Source of the DNA: Sphaeroforma arctica JP610 | Lineage: Eukaryota | Length of the DNA: 64,000 nt | Assembly: GCF_001186125.1 (NCBI RefSeq) | Contig: NW_014040545.1 | Location: 151,700 to 215,699 of the forward strand | Direction of reading: 5' to 3' | Shown here: positions 55,101 to 64,000 of the stretch, piece by piece | Position numbering within the stretch: the stretch's first letter is position 1 | Layout: each line of letters opens with the position of its first letter | Notes under the pieces: model-generated | What the model was told of the DNA's origin: nothing | Seen by the model: only the letters and a program-made list of their open reading frames with translations | Databases searched by the model: none | Made by a program: the position numbers and the translations under genes

Positions 55101-57254
55101 AGCCACGTGCGTCCATGGCTGACCGCGAGCTGTACATTGACTATCTGCTGCGCTTGGGCAGTACAGAGGACCCTTCCTGGATGGTAGGTCTAGAATATCT
55201 AGAATGTTGTAATTTAGACAAGGAGTTGCTAACGAAAATCCTGGCTGGGTGAGGGGGGAATATGTGCGTCCATTCTAGTGTTATCGATACCGGTACACCT
55301 TACCTTATTCGATGTCCAATCTGTGAGGGATACGGCATCTGGTATACACAGTCTAATCTATCACAGGTATCCAGAAATTTGATCTCGAAATGACACCTTT
55401 CGTATGCGACTGAGCTACGGACGATAACGCTAGCGTGTTTTGTTGTCGTTCTAGCGTAGTTGTGTTGGTAGTTACACACACAAAAGCAGAAACTTTCGAT
55501 CCTCATTGTGTAGGCAGTTTTGAACTAGTTTCATAGATACGGATGCTGTGGCTCGGTGAACTTTTAAAGTTGTTGGCATCTTTACATATCTGTCTGTGAG
55601 TAAGCTCATCGGATGGTTTGATTGTAGTATCAAGTGCTAATGCAAATAATTTGAGATGTAGTCTATTTATGCACGGGTCGTATAATGTATATATATCCAT
55701 GCGCGTCCTCGTGTGGGTACTCGTCCTGGTCCATCAACCAACGCCCAATCAATGATGACATTCGATTCTTGTGCACATGTTATTTCGATGGGGGTTTGCT
55801 CATGTGGGACACATGCTGGTTGCAACAAATATGACTCACAACCTGTGCTCAAATGCAGGTGATTGGATATGTGCGAGATGGTCTGTGCCTGATGCTGAAC
55901 ACCTGTGCTATGCGATACCATGCCATTCCCGAGAATGAGGAGACCATCCAGCGCGGGACTGAGCTGTTTGAAAGGTAGGGCTGGTGGCCCGAGTGTGAGT
56001 ATGCGTACCTGGGTTGGCTTAGATAGTGAAGTGGTTGGCCTTATGATACTTCCTTTGGTATGGATACGAGTCTTTGGCTGTGATTATCCCCCAGAGCTAT
56101 AAGTCAATGACATATGTTTTAAATCTGGGGCACTGGATAGGCATATGAAGGTATACTTGTGTTTTTCGTTTGTTTTTATATGTTCAAGTTTCCATGGATA
56201 CAGAGTGGTAGGCATATGAAGGTATACTTGTGTTTTTCGTTTGTTTTTATATGTTCAAGTTTCCATGGATATAGTTTCCATGGATACAGAGAATTGTTAG
56301 TTTACACCTGTATGCTGGTACACAAGTTGCAGATGATAAACACATAGTACTGCAGTCAACTACTTACGTAGCGTAGACACAACCCAGATGGGCCTGATTT
56401 GTTCCTGGGCACAAATGGGATCGCCCTGCCTCATTCTATTCCTCTCTTCCTCTGTGGCACATTCTTATTTGTATCTGCCTATAGACCTTCTGATTTGCAC
56501 ACTCAACACCTCTTATATTTCAACCTCATTACAGCGTGGAATTTGAGGGCTTTGTTGTAAAGGAGCACGAGTGGACATCCCAGGGTGCGCTGCGCATCAT
56601 TTCATATATCAGTGAACTGTCGAGAATCGTCTCCACGCTGTTTCCACGGTATGAAAGCCCTACATGCCCGTGTAACGCGTTTCGTTCGGTGTATCCAACT
56701 TGGAAGCGATTGCTTATACCAGGGTTACGACTATAATACAAAGGTTGAGGCCAATTATATATATGTTGTGTAGTTGACAACAGTCAGATTAATTTAATCA
56801 GCTTCGTCTTTTAAGTGTGCGTGCAACATGCAATAGTTCGTTCGTGGACAGCTAGCCCATGTTTTGTTCAGTTGATTGCGGCCGGCAGCGATACTCTGAC
56901 ATCTGCATGCATTCAGAAAGGCACATATGCGTATGCAGATATTCATGGACTTGCCTGTGCATAAACATTCGTTCATCGTCTAACTCCCTCCCAGATTGTG
57001 GAAGATATACAAAATGTACTGTGAAACTTGTCTGGCCGGCCTGGATAAAAGCCAGCCCGAGAAAGGTATTGGTATGGGCAGTCAGTCCAATATGTCGTCT
57101 GGGTGGAAGGGTCTCAAGAGCCCCAGCACCGCAAGTGGAATGTCGATGTCTCAATCCGAATCCAAGTCGTCGTTGGCCTTGGATAGAAAAGATACGCAAA
57201 GTGATGCCAGGTAGGTGAAAAACCTTGCACTACACAAAAATATACGTATATATG

Positions 57255-57299
<45 letters not shown>

Positions 57300-57322
57300 G
57301 TGTGTGCGTGTGTGTGTGTGTG

Positions 57323-57384
<62 letters not shown>

Positions 57385-58533
57385 AAGTTTGTGTGTATCC
57401 AAACAAATGAATGGGTCCGACTGCCCAAGTGTATTTTTTTCTCGCGTGGTGTATCTATGAAATGATACGTATAAGTGATGGTGTGTACTTTAAAAAAGCC
57501 AGCTGCGAAACACGTATATTGAGTATTATAGGCGTACCTCTATGGATACGTGCGATTTATTGATACTCGAGAGTATTTGGACTGTGTGAGTATCATTTTC
57601 TGTTGCTATAGATATGTATAATACCATATACACTTGGAGGGGGCGGCCATGCAAGCGATAGTAATATGTATACACAATACCGGCTTCTCTCTATTACTGA
57701 TACCACCCGCCCGCAAATGGCCTTATATGTAGACGTGCACTTGCAGCTAGCTTTTTCACCTGTGCTTTCCCTACTACGCAGCGGAGCTGCGGTCGGCAGC
57801 ATAATCCATGTGGAAGAAGCGATAGGTCCAGTGTTTGTGCTCTACGAGAAGCTTATATCCAACGGTAAGACGCTAAAAATTAGCTTGGTATCAGTTCATT
57901 TCCCGTGTATCAGTTCAGTTCCCTTGTAGAACATATATATGTGTGTATCCAGATGTGTAGATACGTATATACATACTTCCATTCTGATCCTTTCGACGCG
58001 AAAGTGCACACACACGCCACTTTGTAGTAAGTATGTGTGAATATATGTTCGTTTGATGATTTCACCCTTCAAAGCTTTTATGGACAGTGTTGTATAGATG
58101 GAGAAGATTGCATTCGAATGCGTACGTAAACGTATTTTTAATTCATATTTTTCTGCTTTCAAACGTATTTATGAGTAATATGAAGCTATATACCCCCAGT
58201 AGTTGGTGAAAAATGACATCCATATGGATAAATTTTTGTATACAAGCTATAGGATACGGTTTGAATGCATCCGTCATTGCGATTTTTTCAATCCGTACAT
58301 ATCGGCAGCAAAACGTGTGCATCCAACAACATTCATGTCGGTCGCCCTATATACGATTCCCTCCTCCTCCCCACCCCTTCCTCCTTCCAAAAAAATGCAA
58401 GGTTATGTACGTGTACTATAGTACAGAATTCAATACAATCACTATATATATATGTAATATTAAGTTTAGACTGTACATTTGTATATATTTGTATGTGTTA
58501 AAAAGGAATGTGGTGCTCTTAGTAGAATAATAC

Positions 58534-58606
<73 letters not shown>

Positions 58607-61600
58607 CAATGTATATATATACGTATGTATGTATGTATGTATGTATGTATTTATATATATGTGTGTCTGTGTCTGTGTCTGTGTCTATGTCTATGTCTGT
58701 GTGCGTGTGTGTGCGTGTTCGGGTGTGTGTGCGTGTGTGCGTGTGGTTGTAGGTGTGGGTGTGTGTATGAACATGTTTAGGCAACAGATTAATATTTTAG
58801 ATACACATTGATGTACTGCGATAGATACATCTTTTTTAGGTTCTATATATAATTGTGTGGTTTATGCATACGATATATATTAATGCCACTTTTCAAACGT
58901 ATAAAGCTTTGGCTCTATTTTTTAATGCAGCATTCGGACTGAACCACGATAAGGATTCAGAGTCAGGGGCGGATGAAGAATCCCCGTTCGCAGATATCTT
59001 GTTCGATTGCGATCACGAAACGTCTCAAGCCCTTCTCAAGTGTGCCACGGTGCGTTGCTTAGTTTTCTTACCTTTATGTCTAGCGATGTGCATTTGAGTT
59101 GATCAGTGTGCTGTGTCTGTGAATGTATGCATACGTATAATGTGACCGGAACCCGAGCGCCTGTTAGTATGTTAGTCATTACACGGTTCATCGTGCAAGT
59201 CGAATATACGTACAGGTAGTGAGTCATGGAGCTGAGATTTTATCCCATTCATATTTTTGTCTGAACTCGTACATGCGATTTTGTTTAGTGACATTGTTTC
59301 AATTACCCACGCCAAGCGCGATCTGGTAGCTTTCAGCTCTAGCAATCAACTCGTACGAGAGGCCTTTGTGCGCCGTTTGGCTCATACATGAGTGTCTCAG
59401 ATTGTGAATGCAAGTGCTCGTACATTGTGTCTCAATGTATGTTTGTATTCACGTCTATGCGTGTGTGTATTGAATTAGCTCTATCCATCTGCGCACATGG
59501 TTGCGTAAGAGTATTTCTATGTATGGGTGTATATTTAGATGTATATAAGACTTCAAATGTGTGCCCTGGAGAGGTATTCTGTAGTTCCACAATCTCCATG
59601 TAAACGCGGCGAAGATAATGGGCCACGTTGAGTATTTTGGGCTCACCACAGCACCAAACAACTTGTCAATGCCTTTGTGTGGTCTCTCAGTAGTCTTCCA
59701 CCTCTGTTGTGTATTGAGCATCCCCGACCTAAATGGGCGACTTTGTACTGGTATTGTGCAGGTTATATCGACCTTTTTCAAGCAGCTGGGTGACCTCGAA
59801 GGCCTGCAAACGGACGCGAAGAAGTACGTGCGCATGTTCACGAAGATGTTAAAGGCTTACAGGGCCTTCTGTGTACGCCCTGTGCTGCAGGAGACACACG
59901 AGGAGGTATGTGATTTCTGAAGATATGAGTTTTGAAAGCTTAGAAGTTCTGTATCTTGTGGCATCTTTGCAAGCATGCTATACTTTCCGAGATAAGGAAA
60001 ATAGTAATTACGGCAAGATGTAGTATCTAGCAAGAACACAGCAGAAACAGTTTTCGTGCGTCCCGCAAAGAACTTTGCGCGGACTCCCATGTCGGAAGCC
60101 GTATCCAGTCACTAATTTTTCTAATAGCATCCGGCAGCAGTACAGAACCAGTCGCCGATATTTCTGTGGCGCGTTGTTTTATACTTGATTGTCGCTTGTG
60201 CTTGTGCTTAAGTCATCGCATGTCTTTAATGTACGTGAGCGTGCGCTTGTCGTTTCAGTTAGTGCAATTGTGTGTGAGTGTATTGTGCTTGTTTGTTTGT
60301 TGTGCTCGTGAGGCGCTCTGTATGGCTGGTCGCTTGCAACTGCAGATGAATCAATCTGCCTAGAGTCTTGTGCGTTTCTGGTTGTGTGAAGCTGCTTTCC
60401 TGGCGCTGTTGTTTGCGAATCGTGATCTTGTGTGTATATTCGTTTGGCGCATTGGAATGACGTGCGTGTGCTTCGTTTGTGGGGCCGGTGAACTGCGTGG
60501 TTCATGCTGTTTTAGATTGGCCGATTACCTTCTCTTTTTTTAGGACCAAACATATTCTTACAGTATATCACTTACGTAAGGACCAGAAGCCCAGAAAATT
60601 ATTATATACTCTTTATGAATTGTACACCTGTAAAAGGGTCAATTGTAGAAGAAATATGGATGCAAGCAGCCACATATCATTGTTCTGTTGATATATTTAC
60701 GATGCCACCGAGTCGCGTATCAAAACTTGGCCGTGCCGATCAGTCCCATAAAGTAGCGTGCATTGGCACACGCAGGTGTGCTTTGTAGCCTACAGACACT
60801 GGTTGACTGACCCCTTTTGGATTCACTTAACAGGTGCATAAACTCATAGACTGGAAGTTGACGGTGTCAGTGGGCGTGAGTGTGACGGAGCTTCCAGACG
60901 AGCTGAATGTTATTATACAGGTAGGTCTCATCTGCAACCCCAATCACTATTTCAGATGTATATGTGGCGGCACATCATGAAATTGTACACACGGCTGTAT
61001 TAACGAATGTGCATATACCTGCTGATATAGTTTTAGACTGTATTGTGGTTGATGTATCTGGAATGACATGACTCAGCCATCTTTCCCCCAACGTGCTCGT
61101 AAAACAGGCGTGCATTGATGACCTCGCGCCAGTGCTGATGGAAAAGTCGCATCGCGTGAAGAATGAGCCCAGTAACACCGTGGTGATAGTGCGAGACAAG
61201 ATTGCGTCATTACTGCACGATTTCACTGGTAGGGGCGTGTTGGGTCGGACAAGTTGCTGTTTGCTGCTGGTCTATTGAGATTGATATCTTCTCTTTATAT
61301 TGAGTTCGACAGGCTTTCGTTGCCTGAGTTCGGTCATCGCGTGGCCATTGATATTAGCACCAGCTGTATGTGTGGGATCAGTTTTCAAAACTATTGTATT
61401 ATCACGATGTACCAATTATCGACTACACACTCAAATTCCAACGGCTTGTTTGATGGTATTGTAAGTCGATGTTTTTAACAGTACCTTCGTGACAGGGTTG
61501 TGCATGGTCCAATTCTGGCATTCAAACCACTGCGGGTCGTTCCTTGCATGAGGCATTATTGTTTTGAATGTTCGCACACGCATGAGTGTGTGATACATAG

Positions 61601-64000
61601 AGTTTCTCGATCAGACCTTACGCCTACACTCCTCTACGCTTCGAAATTGTCGAGAAAACTTGACTATCCCGGTGTTTCAATATCCTTTCCTTGGCAATCA
61701 ATATTTTATGCCTATACCCTATAGTCCCTTTGCTAATCCTTACAACACATGCATACACACGCAGAGATACTACGACACCATGCATTCTTAAAGGACCCCT
61801 CGGCGAATTCAAAGGTGGGCAAGCCATGCGTTCATGACCAGTATTTGTACACTCATACACTAGGACAATAACTTTATTTGCGCGTGTGTTTTCATGCTAT
61901 AGAGTCTCCATGAAAGTACCTTTTTCTAGTATCCCAGCGGAATCCAATCCTCTCAAAACATTTGTAATAGTCTCCGTATCACACATTGACCGTTTGAGGT
62001 CCTGTCCGCCACGTAACAGCCAGTTCGACCGGAATTCGATAGGGAGACATTACTCCACATCTCGCATGTCTGCGAAGTGTGTGTGGATAAGTAAATCCGT
62101 TGACCAAGCCGTACAGTACTCTCAATTGTGTCACTATTGTGTGACATTTTCGTTACCGGCCGCTTCTTCGTTCACTATACCATCGGCCTATGCATGCTAT
62201 AGCGGGGCGGGTACTCATACGTATACCGCAACCCCATTCTGTCCTGCGTTGCACCGTAAACCATCCCACAGCGAGGCCAACAGTCGCTGTACCAGAACAT
62301 GTCGTTAGATCTACTCGCCTTCGAGTCACATCCCCCGAGCAGGTCGCAGCGACTGCTGATTGTGCTGGGGTCCATCAACTACCTTATCGACATTACTATA
62401 CCGATGCTGGGCCAGATGTTTGAGAAGAAGTTTATGTGCTCTCTGATTGCGATGTTACAGGTAAGTGCACACATGCGTGTGGATACCCTATTCAGGATTT
62501 TAGAGTGCCGCTCTCTGTCGGTGTAGGTGGGTGGGGAAATGGTGTTATATCTGCAACTTACTTGTTTTTCTTGTGTCTCGCGCCAATGTTTTCTATACCT
62601 GTTTATCTTCGGCGCCTAGGGCCGGGGTTCAGTGATGTACTCGTGTCCGCGCATGCGCATTCGCATTGTGGGATGCGATGTAGTTGCCATGACGCGCGTC
62701 ATTTGATCATGATTCAGGCAACGAACTTGAAGCTGTCAGCAATCGTCAATATCTGACCAAATGGCGCAAATTCTGTACCTTCGTCAAATACGGCGTTGTG
62801 GTGCGTGGCAATGTAGCGCTGCTTTTGTGCATTTCCCGGGAGAAAAAGTGCTCAAAATCACACATATTCTGCCGTGAAGTTTGCTCAATTCTTCATCACA
62901 CCAAATCGCACACACACACACACACAGCAACCTCTGCGAAAATTAAAACTGCTGGCTCTAGACATCAACGACGACTACGTGCGCACCAACACAGAACGAC
63001 TGATTGCCATTATCGATGAGGGCGTGAAGGATGACTCGCTGCTGCAGAAGAAACCATGCGGAATAAGACAGTTCGTAAAGGACGTGATTCTGGTGTGTCG
63101 ATTGTGCTGGATATAGGTAGATTTTACATATGCTCTGATTTGTCGAAGATCTAGATTTGTGTTTCTATACAGATGTACCCCTATATTTGTACCTCGATCA
63201 TGTACGAACGTGTACTCAGTTTCTTATTTTAGCGTGCATCTGGTAAATTGAAACTTACCTGGGCTGATTGTGATGTTAGCTTGTGCTGTATGCAATGGGG
63301 CCCCTCGATGTATGCTGAGTTTATGTCTCGAGCAGAGGCAGGTCAGTTGAAAAATGAATAGGCTGTACATGGCAATGCTTCGTGCTAGTGGAGTTTCTGT
63401 CCAATCACTTTTCGATGGTGTCTGAAAGCGGGTCATATTTACATCCGCAACCATATGAATATATAGGCTTTACCGGGTTGATTAGGATCTGTTGTGAAAG
63501 TTGAGTGTGTATTTTGAGCGATATCGTGTCCGTACCTCTTGAAGTATGCGAACACCCGATTATTTGTAACGCATTCTGCATAGATTTCAGGCGGGTATTA
63601 CATTGCGTTATTTTGTGATTCAATCAATCCCGTTTGTATCTGTTCTGTATCGCTAAAACTACTTTTCCATCAAATATTTTCTTGCCTCCATCTCATCTCT
63701 CCCCAGGGTCTGGTAACAGTGCATTCCGAGGTGACTTCCATTGACAGATCGTATTGTCGGACGATGATTGAAGGTATGGTGAAATTTTGTCGCCCTCTCT
63801 GGCTAGTGAGTGCGGAATTTTGATCTTCAGACTACGTAAAAAGATATACACATACTGCCCTCTAATTTATAGTTGTTTAGTATACTGACAGGTTTTTTAT
63901 TTTCAATTTCATTCAGGTTTACAAGATAATATAGCAGACGGCATTTGTATCATCATTGATGGGATGGAGATCACCTTACAGCAGTACCAGCAAATACATA
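49177..64000 (+). CDS. EXOC2: Exocyst complex component 2 (Sec5) with N-terminal IPT/TIG domain, multi-exon, 3' end outside window
   Basis: MADVRPEVMGLSPSFG..GSTITIRGMNFG..LTG|LTICGVD, GPVLVSTAMGGQS (IPT domain); SANFVPAWFFAEKHANT; LMKDNFDRYVACQD; PLLARRDRAEAIRSVIGVLNRYKFLVGLP; EYEKALSLYG; IDYLLRLGSTEDPSW; LWKIYKMY; QRLLIVLGSINYL. About 20 GT-AG exons from 49177-49294 to 63917-64000. Confidence 0.92.
50123..50192. repeat. 33-bp exact tandem duplication in an EXOC2 intron
   Basis: TTGGCTGCTCAGTGACTGCAGCTGAGTTACAT occurs twice. Confidence 0.9.
52500..52655. repeat. Diverged ~84-bp tandem duplication in an EXOC2 intron
   Basis: GGGTGAA.TCTCA.TGTGTA.ATGATAT.TAGGCTGT...GGAATCTAAAACACT...TCTGGCGA occurs twice. 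Confidence 0.8.
53715..53905 (+). repeat. Three ~65-70-bp tandem copies that include the EXOC2 3' splice site
   Basis: CCCACTG.ATACGTATCTACAG|CTGAC, with AG ending at 53764, 53835 and 53899. Confidence 0.9.
56138..56290. repeat. ~71-bp near-exact tandem duplication in an EXOC2 intron
   Basis: TAGGCATATGAAGGTATACTTGTGTTTTTCGTTTGTTTTTATATGTTCAAGTTTCCATGGATA occurs twice. Confidence 0.9.
57265..57381. repeat. (GT)n microsatellite just downstream of an EXOC2 donor site
   Basis: Directly visible; a second GT-rich compound array lies at about 58545-58770. Confidence 0.95.

Overview
Intron-rich eukaryotic genomic DNA with many TA/GT/CA microsatellites and five 20-N assembly gaps. Gene content and style suggest a unicellular holozoan such as an ichthyosporean; this is an inference only. 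Most ORF-track entries are spurious or are exon fragments. Splicing by eye gives seven loci: (1) a 5'-truncated MOV10/SDE3/Armitage-like SF1 RNA helicase (+, to 10888); (2) a two-exon, bacterial-looking FCY1-type cytosine deaminase with a 1-bp frameshift (-); (3) APC/C subunit 5 (+); (4) an intronless, multiply frameshifted PPR-SMR gene (-); (5) eIF2-gamma (+); (6) an SLC25A34/35/OAC1-like mitochondrial carrier (-); (7) exocyst EXOC2/Sec5 with an N-terminal IPT domain (+, runs off the end). Two window-wide patterns stand out. First, the sequence just downstream of four stop codons is packed with strand-appropriate helices, including a closed ~470-nt multibranch fold after eIF2-gamma. Second, many introns are polarised (GT-rich 5' part, CA-rich 3' part, weak polypyrimidine tract), which suggests structure-assisted splicing. 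Exon coordinates were read by hand and may be off by a few bases.
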